Source of the DNA: Azolla caroliniana
Lineage: Eukaryota; Plantae; Polypodiophyta
Length of the DNA stretch: 64,000 nt
NCBI GenBank assembly: GCA_043228905.1
Contig: JBHGNT010000026.1
Span: 248,001 to 312,000, forward strand
Reading direction: 5' to 3'
Made by a program: the position numbers and the translations under genes. The stretch's first letter is position 1. The number at the start of each line of letters is the position of its first letter. A model generated the notes under the pieces. It had not been told where the DNA came from, made no database searches, and saw only the letters and a list, made by a program, of their open reading frames with translations. Below, piece after piece: positions 27,201 through 40,300 of the stretch.

Positions 27201-30100
27201 TTTGAAACTAAGGTCGAGAGACATGACGAAATTAGCAACCTTGACGAGTGAGTTTAGAGGAGCCCTTGAGTAAATTAAAATGGTTATACCTAGCTCGTGT
27301 GATATCGGATTTTTGTGTTCAAACATGCGAATCGAAGCTAACAACGCTAGCTATGATATGGAATTAAAAAATCAAGATTTTGAAAATCAGGTCGAGAGGC
27401 ATGACGAAATTAGCAAATTTGAGGAGTGAGTTGAGAGGAGCCCTTGACTAAATTAAAATGTTCATACCTAGCGAGCGTGATATCGGATTTTTGTGTTCAA
27501 ACATGCGAATAGAAGCTAACAACGCTAGCTATGATATGGAATTAAAAAATCAAGTTTTTGTAATTCAGGTCGAGAGACATGACGAAATTTCCAAATTTGA
27601 GGAGGGAGTTAAGAAGAGCTATTAGGTAAATTACAATGTTGATACCTGGCTCGTGTGATATCGGATTTTTGTGTTCAAACATTGGAATCGAAGCTAACAA
27701 CGCTAGCTATGATATGGTCTTAAAAAATCAAGATTTTGAAACTCAGGTCGAGAGACATGACGAAATTACCAACTTTGAGGAGTGAGTTGAGAGGAGCCCT
27801 TGAGTAAATTAAAATGGTCATACCTAGCGAGTGTGATATCGGATTTTTGTGTTCAAACATGCGAATAGAAGCTAACAACGCTAGCTATGATATGGAATTA
27901 AAAAATCAAGTTTTTGTAATTCAGGTCGAGAGACATGACGAAATTTCCAAATTTGAGGAGGGAGTTAAGAAGAGCTATTAGGTAAATTACAATGTTGATA
28001 CCTGGCTCGTGTGATATCGGAATTTTGTGTACAAACATGCGAATCGAAGCTAACAACGCTAGCTATGATATGGAATTAAAAAATCAAGATTTTGAAAATC
28101 AGGTCGAGAGGCATGACGAAATTAGCAAATTTGAGGAGTGAGTTGAGAGGAGCCCTTGACTAAATTAAAATGTTCATACCTAGCGAGCGTGATATCGGAT
28201 TTTTGTGTACAAACATGCGAATCGAAGCTAACAACGCTAGCTATGATATGGAATTAAAAAATCAAGATTTTGAAACTCAGGTCGAGAGACATGACGAAAT
28301 TAGCAACCTTGACGAGGGAGTTGAGAGGAGCCCTTGAGTAAATAAAAATGTTCATACCTAGCTCGTGTGATATCGGATTTTTGTGGTCAAACATGCGAAT
28401 CGAAGCTAACAACGCTAGCTATGATATGGAATTAAAAAATCAAGATTTTGAAACTCCAGGCGAGAGACATGACGAAATTACCAAATTTGAGGAGTGAGGT
28501 TGGAAGAGCGCGTGAGTGAATTAAAATGTTCATACCTGGCTCGTGTGATATCGGATTTTTGTGTTCAAACATGCGAATCGAAGCTAACAACGCTAGCTAT
28601 GATATGGACTTAAAATATCAAGATTTTGAAACTCAGGTCGAGAGACATGACGAAATTACCAACTTTGAGGAGTGAGTTGAGAGGAGTCCTTGAGTAAATT
28701 AAAATGTTCATACCTAGTGAGTGTGATATCGGAATTTTGTGTACAAACATGCGAATCGAAGCTAACAACGCTAGCTATGATATGGAATTAAAAAATCAAG
28801 ATTTTGAAACTCAGGTCGAGAGACATGACGAAATTTCCAAATTTGAGGAGGGAGTTGAGAAGAGCTAGTAGGTAAATTACAATGTTCATACCTGGTTCTT
28901 GTGATATCGGATTTTTGTGTTCAAACATGCGAATCGAAGCTAACAACACTAGCTATGATATGGAATTACAAAATCAAGATTTTGAAACTCCAGTCGAGAG
29001 ACATGATGAAATTACCAAATTTGAGGAGTGAGGTTGGAAGAGCGCGTAAGTGAATTAAAATGTTCATACCTGGCTCGTGTGATATCGGATTTTTGTGTTC
29101 AAACATGCGAATCAAACCTAACAACGGTAGCTATGATATTGTCTTAATAAATCAAGATTTTGAAACTCAGGTCGAGAGACATGACGAAATTAGCAACATT
29201 GAGCAGTGAGTTGAGAGGAGCCCTTGAGTAAATTAAAATGGTCATACCTAGCTCGTGTGATATCGGATTTTTGTGTACAAACATGCGAATCGAAGCTAAC
29301 AATGCTAGCTATGATATGGAATTAAAAAATTAAGATTTTGAAACTAAGGTCGAGAGACATGACGAAATTAGCAACATTGACGAGTGAGTTTAGAGGAGCC
29401 CTTGAGTAAATTAAAATGGTTATACCTAGCTCCTGTGATATCGGATTTTTGTGTTCAAACATGCGAATCGAAGCTAACAACGCTAGCTATGATATCGAAT
29501 TAAAAAATTAAGATTTTGAAACTCAGGTCGAGAGACATGACGAAATTAGCAAATTTGAGGAGTGAGTTGAGAGGAACCCTTGAGTAAATTAAAATGTTCA
29601 TACCTAGCGACTGTGATATCGGATTTTTGTGTTCAAACATGCGAATCGAAGCTAACAACCCTAGCTATGATATGGAATTACAAAATCAAGATTTTGAAAC
29701 TCCAGTCGAGAGACATGATGAAATTACCAAATTTGAGGAGTGAGGTTGGAAGAGCGCGTGACTTAATTAAAATGTTCATACCTGGCTCGTGTGATATCGG
29801 ATTTTTGTGTTCCAACATGCGAATCCAAGCTAACGACGCTAGCTATGATATGGAATTGAAAAATCAAGATTTTGAAACACAGGTCGAGACACATGACGAA
29901 ATTACCAAATTTGAGGAGTGAGTTGAGAGGAGCCCTTGAGTAAATTAAAATGGTCATACCTAGCGAGTGTGATATCGGATTTTTCTGTACAAACATGCGA
30001 ATCGAAGCTAACAACGCTAGCTATGATATGGAATTGAAAAATCAAGATTTTGAAACTCCGATCGAGAGACATGACGAAATTAGCAAATTTGAGGAGTGAG
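18250..30100. repeat. Irregular HOR region with 15-, 18- and 21-monomer periods
   Basis: The marker GTGGTC occurs at 18771, 21975, 24645 and 28383 (gaps 3204, 2670, 3738 = 18, 15, 21 x 178). ORF pairs: 25842/29580 (3738) and 19904/26846 (39 x 178). Confidence 0.85.
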
Positions 30101-30199
30101 TTGAGAGGAACCCTTGAGTAAATTAAAATGTTCATACCTAGCGAGTGTGTTCAAACATGCGAATCGAAGCTAACAGCGCTAGCTATGATATGGAATTAA

Positions 30200-33100
30200 A
30201 AAATCAAGATTTTGAAACTCAGGTCGAGAGACATGACGAAATTGCCAAATTTGAGGAGGGAGTTGAGAAGAGCTAGTAGGTAAATTACAATGTTCATACT
30301 TGGTTCGTGTGATATCGGATTTTTGTGTTCAAACATGCGAATCGAAGCTAACAACGGTAGCTATGATATGGAAATAAAAAAACAAGATTTTGAAACTCAG
30401 GTCGAGAGACATGACGAAATTTCCAAATTTGAGGAGGGAGTTGAGAAGAGCTAGTAGGTAAATTACAATTTCCAAATTTGGTTCTTGTGATATCGGATTT
30501 TTGTGTTCAAACATGCGAATCGAAGCTAACAACACTAGCTATGATATGGAATTACAAAATCAAGATTTTGAAACTCCAGTCGAGAGAAATGATGAAATTA
30601 CCAAATTTGAGGAGTGAGGTTGGAAGAGGGCGTGAGTGAATTAAAATGTTCATACCTGGCTCGTGTGATATCGGATTTTTGTGTTCAAACATGCGAATCG
30701 AAGCTAACGACGCTAGCTATGATATGGAATTAAAAAATCAAGATTTTGAAAATCAGGTCGAGAGGCATGACGAAATTAGCAAATTTGAGGAGTGAGTTGA
30801 GAGGAGCCCTTGACTAAATTAAAATGTTCATACCTAGCGAGCGTGATATCGGATTTTTGTGTTCAAACATGCGAATCGAAGCTAACAACGCTAGCTATGA
30901 TATGGAATTAAAAAATCAAGATTTTGAAACTCAGGTCGAGAGACATGACGAAATTAGCAACCTTGACGAGGAAGTTGAGAGGAGCCCTTGAGTAAATAAA
31001 AATGTTCATACCTAGCTCGTGTGATATCGGATTTCTGTGTTCAAACATGCGAATCGAAGCTAACAACGCTAGCTATGATATGGAATTAAAAAATCAAGAT
31101 TTTGAAACTCAGGTCGAGAGACATGACGAAATTAGCAAATTTGAGGAGGGAGTTGAGAGGGGCCCTTAAGTAAATTAAAATGTTCATACCTAGCTCGTGT
31201 GATATCGGATTTTTGTGTTCAAACATGCGAATCAAACCTAACAACGCTAGCTATGATATAGAATTAAAAAAGCAAGATTTTGAAACTCAGGTCGAGAGTC
31301 ATGACGAAATTAGCAAATCTGAGGAGTGAGTTGAGAGGAGCCCTTGAGTAAATTAAAATGGTCATACCTAGCGAGTGTGATATCGGATTTTTGTGTACAA
31401 ACATGCGAATCGAAGCTAACAACGCTAGCTATGATATGGAATTAAAAAATCAAGATTTTGAAACTCAGGTCGAGAGACATGAAGAAATTACCAAATTTGA
31501 GGAGTGAGTTGAGAGGAGCCCTTGAGTGAATTAAAATGTTCATACCTAGCTTGTGTGATATCGGATTTTTGTGTTGAAACCTGCGAATTGAAGCTAACAG
31601 GTCGAGAGACATGACGAAATTAGCAACCTTGACGAGGGAGTTGAGAGGAGTCCTTGAGTAAATAAAAATGTTCATAAATAGCTCGTGTGAGATCGGATTT
31701 TTGTGTTCAAACATGCGAATCGAAGCTAACAACGCTAGCTATGATATGGAATTAAAAAATCAAGATTTTGAAACTCAGGTCGAGAGACATGACGAAATTA
31801 GCAAATTTGAGGAGGGAGTTGAGAGGAGCCCTTGAGTAAATTAAAATGCTCATACCTAACGAGTGTGATATCGGATTTTTATGTTCAAACATGCGAATCG
31901 AAGCTAACAACGCTAGCTATGATATGGAATTAAAAAATCAAGATTTTGCAACTCAGGTCGAGAGACATGAAGAAATTAGCAAATTTGAGGAGTGAGTTGA
32001 GAGGAGCCCTTGAGTAAATTAAAATGTTCATACCTAGCGAGTGTGATATCGGATTTTCGTGTACAAACATGCGAATCGAAGCTAACAACGCTAGCTATGA
32101 TATGGAATTAAAAAATCAAGATTTTGAAACTCAGGTCGAGAGACATGACGAAATTGCCAAATTTGAGGAGGGAGTTGAGAAGAGCTAGTAGGTAAATTAC
32201 AATATTCATACCTGGTTCGTGTGATATCGGATTTTTGTGTTCAAACATGCGAATCGAAGCTAACAACGGTAGCTATGATATGGAGTTAAAAAATCAAGAT
32301 TTTGAAACTTAGGTCGAGAGACATGACGAAATTTCCAAATTTGAGGAGGGAGTTGAGAAGAGCTAGTAGGTAAATTACAATTTCCAAATTTGGTTCTTGT
32401 GATATCGGATTTTTGTGTTCAAACATGCGAATCGAAGCTAACAACACTAGCTATGATATGGAATTACAAAATCAAGATTTTGAAACTCCAGTCGAGAGAC
32501 ATGATGAAATTAGCAAATTTGAGGAGTGAGGTTGGAAGAGCGCGTGAGTGAATTAAAATGTTCATACCTGGCTCGTTTGATATCGGATTTTTGTGTTCAA
32601 ACATGCGAATCGAAGCTAACGACGCTAGCTATGATATGGAATTGAAAAATCAAGATTTTGAAACTCAGGTCGAGACACATGACGAAATTACCAAATTTGA
32701 GGAGTGAGGTTGGAAGAGCGCGTGAGTGAATTAAAATGTTCATACCTGGCTCGTGTGATATCGGATTTTTGTGTTCAAACATGCAAATCGAAGCTAACGA
32801 CGCTAGCTATGATATGGAATTAAAAATTCAAGATTTTGAAAATCAGGTCGAGAGGCATGACGAAATTAGCAAATTTGAGGTGTGAGTTGAGAGGAGCCCT
32901 TGACTAAATTAAAATGTTCATACCTAGCGAGCGTGATATCGGATTTCTGTGTTCAAACATGCGAATCGAAGCTAACAACGCTAGCTATGATATGGAATTA
33001 AAAAATCAAGATTTTGAAACTCAGGTCGAGAGACATGACGAAATTAGCAAATTTGAGGAGGGAGTTGAGAGGGGCCCTTAAGTAAATTAAAATGTTCATA

Positions 33101-36100
33101 CCTAGCTCGTGTGATATCGGATTTTTGTGTTCAAACATGCGAATCAAACCTAACAACGCTAGCTATGATATAGAATTAAAAAAGCAAGATTTTGAAACTC
33201 AGGTCGAGAGTCATGACGAAATTAGCAAATCTGAGGAGTGAGTTGAGAGGAGCCCTTGAGTAAATTAAAATGGTCATACCTAGCGAGTGTGATATCGGAT
33301 TTTTGTGTACAAACATGCGAATCGAAGCTAACAACGCTAGCTATGATATGGAATTAAAAAATCAAGATTTTGAAACTCAGGTCGAGAGACATGAAGAAAT
33401 TACCAAATTTGAGGAGTGAGTTGAGAGGAGCCCTTGAGTGAATTAAAATGTTCATACCTAGCTTGTGTGATATCGGATTTTTGTGTTGAAACCTGCGAAT
33501 TGAAGCTAACAGGTCGAGAGACATGACGAAATTAGCAACCTTGACGAGGGAGTTGAGAGGAGTCCTTGAGTAAATAAAAATGTTCATAAATAGCTCGTGT
33601 GAGATCGGATTTTTGTGTTCAAACATGCGAATCGAAGCTAACAACGCTAGCTATGATATGGAATTAAAAAATCAAGATTTTGAAACTCAGGTCGAGAGAC
33701 ATGACGAAATTAGCAAATTTGAGGAGGGAGTTGAGAGGAGCCCTTGAGTAAATTAAAATGCTCATACCTAACGAGTGTGATATCGGATTTTTATGTTCAA
33801 ACATGCGAATCGAAGCTAACAACGCTAGCTATGATATGGAATTAAAAAATCAAGATTTTGCAACTCAGGTCGAGAGACATGAAGAAATTAGCAAATTTGA
33901 GGAGTGAGTTGAGAGGAGCCCTTGAGTAAATTAAAATGTTCATACCTAGCGAGTGTGATATCGGATTTTCGTGTACAAACATGCGAATCGAAGCTAACAA
34001 CGCTAGCTATGATATGGAATTAAAAAATCAAGATTTTGAAACTCAGGTCGAGAGACATGACGAAATTGCCAAATTTGAGGAGGGAGTTGAGAAGAGCTAG
34101 TAGGTAAATTACAATATTCATACCTGGTTCGTGTGATATCGGATTTCTGTGTTCAAACATGCGAATCGAAGCTAACAACGGTAGCTATGATATGGAGTTA
34201 AAAAATCAAGATTTTGAAACTTAGGTCGAGAGACATGACGAAATTTCCAAATTTGAGGAGGGAGTTGAGAAGAGCTAGTAGGTAAATTACAATTTCCAAA
34301 TTTGGTTCTTGTGATATCGGATTTTTGTGTTCAAACATGCGAATCGAAGCTAACAACACTAGCTATGATATGGAATTACAAAATCAAGATTTTGAAACTC
34401 CAGTCGAGAGACATGATGAAATTAGCAAATTTGAGGAGTGAGGTTGGAAGAGCGCGTGAGTGAATTAAAATGTTCATACCTGGCTCGTTTGATATCGGAT
34501 TTTTGTGTTCAAACATGCGAATCGAAGCTAACGACGCTAGCTATGATATGGAATTGAAAAATCAAGATTTTGAAACTCAGGTCGAGACACATGACGAAAT
34601 TACCAAATTTGAGGAGTGAGGTTGGAAGAGCGCGTGAGTGAATTAAAATGTTCATACCTGGCTCGTGTGATATCGGATTTTTGTGTTCAAACATGCAAAT
34701 CGAAGCTAACGACGCTAGCTATGATATGGAATTAAAAATTCAAGATTTTGAAAATCAGGTCGAGAGACATGACGAAATTAGCAACCTTGACGAGGGAGTT
34801 GAGAGGAGTCCTTGAGTAAATAAAAATGTTCATAAATAGCTCGTGTGAGATCGGATTTTTGTGTTCAAACATGCGAATCGAAGCTAACAACGCTAGCTAT
34901 GATATGGAATTAAAAAATCAAGATTTTGAAACTCAGGTCGAGAGACATGACGAAATTAGCAAATTTGAGGAGGGAGTTGAGAGGAGCCCTTGAGTAAATT
35001 AAAATGCTCATACCTAACGAGTGTGATATCGGATTTTTATGTTCAAACATGCGAATCGAAGCTAACAACGCTAGCTATGATATGGAATTAAAAAATCAAG
35101 ATTTTGCAACTCAGGTCGAGAGACATGAAGAAATTAGCAAATTTGAGGAGTGAGTTGAGAGGAGCCCTTGAGTAAATTAAAATGTTCATACCTAGCGAGT
35201 GTGATATCGGATTTTCGTGTACAAACATGCGAATCGAAGCTAACAACGCTAGCTATGATATGGAATTAAAAAATCAAGATTTTGAAACTCAGGTCGAGAG
35301 ACATGACGAAATTGCCAAATTTGAGGAGGGAGTTGAGAAGAGCTAGTAGGTAAATTACAATATTCATACCTGGTTCGTGTGATATCGGATTTTTGTGTTC
35401 AAACATGCGAATCGAAGCTAACAACGGTAGCTATGATATGGAGTTAAAAAATCAAGATTTTGAAACTTAGGTCGAGAGACATGACGAAATTTCCAAATTT
35501 GAGGAGGGAGTTGAGAAGAGCTAGTAGGTAAATTACAATTTCCAAATTTGGTTCTTGTGATATCGGATTTTTGTGTTCAAACATGCGAATCGAAGCTAAC
35601 AACACTAGCTATGATATGGAATTACAAAATCAAGATTTTGAAACTCCAGTCGAGAGACATGATGAAATTAGCAAATTTGAGGAGTGAGGTTGGAAGAGCG
35701 CGTGAGTGAATTAAAATGTTCATACCTGGCTCGTTTGATATCGGATTTTTGTGTTCAAACATGCGAATCGAAGCTAACGACGCTAGCTATGATATGGAAT
35801 TGAAAAATCAAGATTTTGAAACTCAGGTCGAGACACATGACGAAATTACCAAATTTGAGGAGTGAGGTTGGAAGAGTGCGTGAGTGAATTAAAATGTTCA
35901 TACCTGGCTCGTGTGATATCGGATTTTTGTGTTCAAACATGCAAATCGAAGCTAACGACGCTAGCTATGATATGGAATTAAAAATTCAAGATTTTGAAAA
36001 TCAGGTCGAGAGGCATGACGAAATTAGCAAATTTGAGGTGTGAGTTGAGAGGAGCCCTTGACTAAATTAAAATGTTCATACCTAGCGAGCGTGATATCGG

Positions 36101-39100
36101 ATTTCTGTGTTCAAACATGCGAATCGAAGCTAACAACGCTAGCTATGATATGGAATTAAAAAATCAAGATTTTGAAACTCAGGTCGAGAGACATGACGAA
36201 ATTAGCAAATTTGAGGAGGGAGTTGAGAGGGGCCCTTAAGTAAATTAAAATGTTCATACCTAGCTCGTGTGATATCGGATTTTTGTGTTCAAACATGCGA
36301 ATCAAACCTAACAACGCTAGCTATGATATAGAATTAAAAAAGCAAGATTTTGAAACTCAGGTCGAGAGTCATGACGAAATTAGCAAATCTGAGGAGTGAG
36401 TTGAGAGGAGCCCTTGAGTAAATTAAAATGGTCATACCTAGCGAGTGTGATATCGGATTTTTGTGTACAAACATGCGAATCGAAGCTAACAACGCTAGCT
36501 ATGATATGGAATTAAAAAATCAAGATTTTGAAACTCAGGTCGAGAGACATGAAGAAATTACCAAATTTGAGGAGTGAGTTGAGAGGAGCCCTTGAGTGAA
36601 TTAAAATGTTCATACCTAGCTTGTGTGATATCGGATTTTTGTGTTGAAACCTGCGAATTGAAGCTAACAGGTCGAGAGACATGACGAAATTAGCAACCTT
36701 GACGAGGGAGTTGAGAGGAGTCCTTGAGTAAATAAAAATGTTCATAAATAGCTCGTGTGAGATCGGATTTTTGTGTTCAAACATGCGAATCGAAGCTAAC
36801 AACGCTAGCTATGATATGGAATTAAAAAATCAAGATTTTGAAACTCAGGTCGAGAGACATGACGAAATTAGCAAATTTGAGGAGGGAGTTGAGAGGAGCC
36901 CTTGAGTAAATTAAAATGCTCATACCTAACGAGTGTGATATCGGATTTTTATGTTCAAACATGCGAATCGAAGCTAACAACGCTAGCTATGATATGGAAT
37001 TAAAAAATCAAGATTTTGCAACTCAGGTCGAGAGACATGAAGAAATTAGCAAATTTGAGGAGTGAGTTGAGAGGAGCCCTTGAGTAAATTAAAATGTTCA
37101 TACCTAGCGAGTGTGATATCGGATTTTCGTGTACAAACATGCGAATCGAAGCTAACAACGCTAGCTATGATATGGAATTAAAAAATCAAGATTTTGAAAC
37201 TCAGGTCGAGAGACATGACGAAATTGCCAAATTTGAGGAGGGAGTTGAGAAGAGCTAGTAGGTAAATTACAATATTCATACCTGGTTCGTGTGATATCGG
37301 ATTTCTGTGTTCAAACATGCGAATCGAAGCTAACAACGGTAGCTATGATATGGAGTTAAAAAATCAAGATTTTGAAACTTAGGTCGAGAGACATGACGAA
37401 ATTTCCAAATTTGAGGAGGGAGTTGAGAAGAGCTAGTAGGTAAATTACAATTTCCAAATTTGGTTCTTGTGATATCGGATTTTTGTGTTCAAACATGCGA
37501 ATCGAAGCTAACAACACTAGCTATGATATGGAATTACAAAATCAAGATTTTGAAACTCCAGTCGAGAGACATGATGAAATTAGCAAATTTGAGGAGTGAG
37601 GTTGGAAGAGCGCGTGAGTGAATTAAAATGTTCATACCTGGCTCGTGTGATATCGGATTTTTGTGTTCAAACATGCGAATCGAAGCTAACGACGCTAGCT
37701 ATGATATGGAATTGAAAAATCAAGATTTTGAAACTCAGGTCGAGACACATGACGAAATTACCAAATTTGAGGAGTGAGGTTGGAAGAGCGCGTGAGTGAA
37801 TTAAAATGTTCATACCTGGCTCGTGTGATATCGGATTTTTGTGTTCAAACATGCAAATCGAAGCTAACGACGCTAGCTATGATATGGAATTAGAAATTCA
37901 AGATTTTGAAAATCAGGTCGAGAGGCATGACGAAATTAGCAAATTTGAGGTGTGAGTTGAGAGGAGCCCTTGACTAAATTAAAATGTTCATACCTAGCGA
38001 GCGTGATATCGGATTTTTGTGTTCAAACATGCGAAACGAAGCTAACAAAGCTAGCTATGATATGGAATTAAAAAATCAAGATTTTGCAACTCAGGTCGAG
38101 AGACATGACGAAATTAGCAACCTTGACGAGGAAGTTGAGAGGAGCCCTTGAGTAAATAAAAATGTTCATACCTAGCTCGTGTGATATCGGATTTTTGTGT
38201 TCAAACATGCGAATCGAAGCTAACAACGCTAGCTATGATATGGAATTAAAAAATCAAGATTTTGAAACTCAGGTCGAGAGACATGACGAAATTAGCAAAT
38301 TTGAGGAGGGAGTTGAGAGGGGCCCTTTAGTAAATTAAAATGTTCATACCTAGCTCGTGTGATATCGGATTTTTGTGTTCAAACATGCGAATCTAACCTA
38401 ACAACGCTAGCTATGATATAGAATTAAAAAAGCAAGATTTTGAAACTCAGGTCGAGAGTCATGACGAAATTAGCAAATCTGAGGAGTGAGTTGAGAGGAG
38501 CCCTTGAGTAAATTAAAATGGTCATACCTAGCGAGTGTGATATCGGATTTTTGTGTACAAACATGCGAATCGAAGCTAACAACGCTAGCTATGATATGGA
38601 ATTAAAAAATCAAGATTTTGAAACTCAGGTCGAGAGACATGAAGAAATTACCAAATTTGAGGAGTGAGTTGAGAGGAGCCCTTGAGTGAATTAAAATGTT
38701 CATACCTAGCTTGTGTGATATCGGATTTTTGTGTTGAAACCTGCGAATTGAAGCTAACAGGTCGAGAGACATGACGAAATTAGCAACCTTGACAAGGGAG
38801 TTGAGAGGAGCCCTTGAGTAAATAAAAATGTTCATAAATAGCTCGTGTGAGATCGGATTTTTGTGTTCAAACATGCGAATCGAAGCTAACAACGCTAGCT
38901 ATGATATGGAATTAAAAAATCAAGATTTTGAAACTCAGGTCGAGAGACATGACGAAATTAGCAAATTTGAGGAGGGAGTTGAGAGGAGCCCTTGAGTAAA
39001 TTAAAATGCTCATACCTAACGAGTGTGATATCGGATTTTTATGTTCAAACATGCGAATCGAAGCTAACAACGCTAGCTATGATATGGAATTAAAAAATCA

Positions 39101-40300
39101 AGATTTTGCAACTCAGGTCGAGAGACATGAAGAAATTAGCAAATTTGAGGAGTGAGTTGAGAGGAGCCCTTGAGTAAATTAAAATGTTCATACCTAGCGA
39201 GTGTGATATCGGATTTTCGTGTACAAACATGCGAATCGAAGCTAACAACGCTAGCTATGATATGGAATTAAAAAATCAAGATTTTGAAACTCAGGTCGAG
39301 AGACATGACGAAATTGCCAAATTTGAGGAGGGAGTTGAGAAGAGCTAGTAGGTAAATTACAATATTCATACCTGGTTCGTGTGATATCGGATTTTTGTGT
39401 TCAAACATGCGAATCGAAGCTAACAACGGTAGCTATGATATGGAGTTAAAAAATCAAGATTTTGAAACTTAGGTCGAGAGACATGACGAAATTTCCAAAT
39501 TTGAGGAGGGAGTTGAGAAGAGCTAGTAGGTAAATTACAATTTCCAAATTTGGTTCTTGTGATATCGGATTTTTGTGTTCAAACATGCGAATCGAAGCTA
39601 ACAACACTAGCTATGATATGGAATTACAAAATCAAGATTTTGAAACTCCAGTCGAGAGACATGATGAAATTAGCAAATTTGAGGAGTGAGGTTGGAAGAG
39701 CGCGTGAGTGAATTAAAATGTTCATACCTGGCTCGTGTGATATCGGATTTTTGTGTTCAAACATGCGAATCGAAGCTAACGACGCTAGCTATGATATGGA
39801 ATTGAAAAATCAAGATTTTGAAACTCAGGTCGAGACACATGACGAAATTACCAAATTTGAGGAGTGAGGTTGGAAGAGCGCGTGAGTGAATTAAAATGTT
39901 CATACCTGGCTCGTGTGATATCGGATTTTTGTGTTCAAACATGCAAATCGAAGCTAACGACGCTAGCTATGATATGGAATTAAAAATTCAAGATTTTGAA
40001 AATCAGGTCGAGAGGCATGACGAAATTAGCAAATTTGAGGTGTGAGTTGAGAGGAGCCCTTGACTAAATTAAAATGTTCATACCTAGCGAGCGTGATATC
40101 GGATTTTTGTGTTCAAACATGCGAAACGAAGCTAACAAAGCTAGCTATGATATGGAATTAAAAAATCAAGATTTTGCAACTCAGGTCGAGAGACATGACG
40201 AAATTAGCAACCTTGACGAGGAAGTTGAGAGGAGCCCTTGAGTAAATAAAAATGTTCATACCTAGCACGTGTGATATCGGATTTTTGTGTTCAAACATGC
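30200..40300. repeat. HOR series based on an 11/12-mer (1912 or 2090 bp, including one 132-bp monomer), with one truncated 7-mer (1246 bp)
   Basis: The marker AATTTCCAAATTTGG occurs at 30467, 32379, 34291, 35537, 37449 and 39539 (gaps 1912, 1912, 1246, 1912, 2090). Confidence 0.92.
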
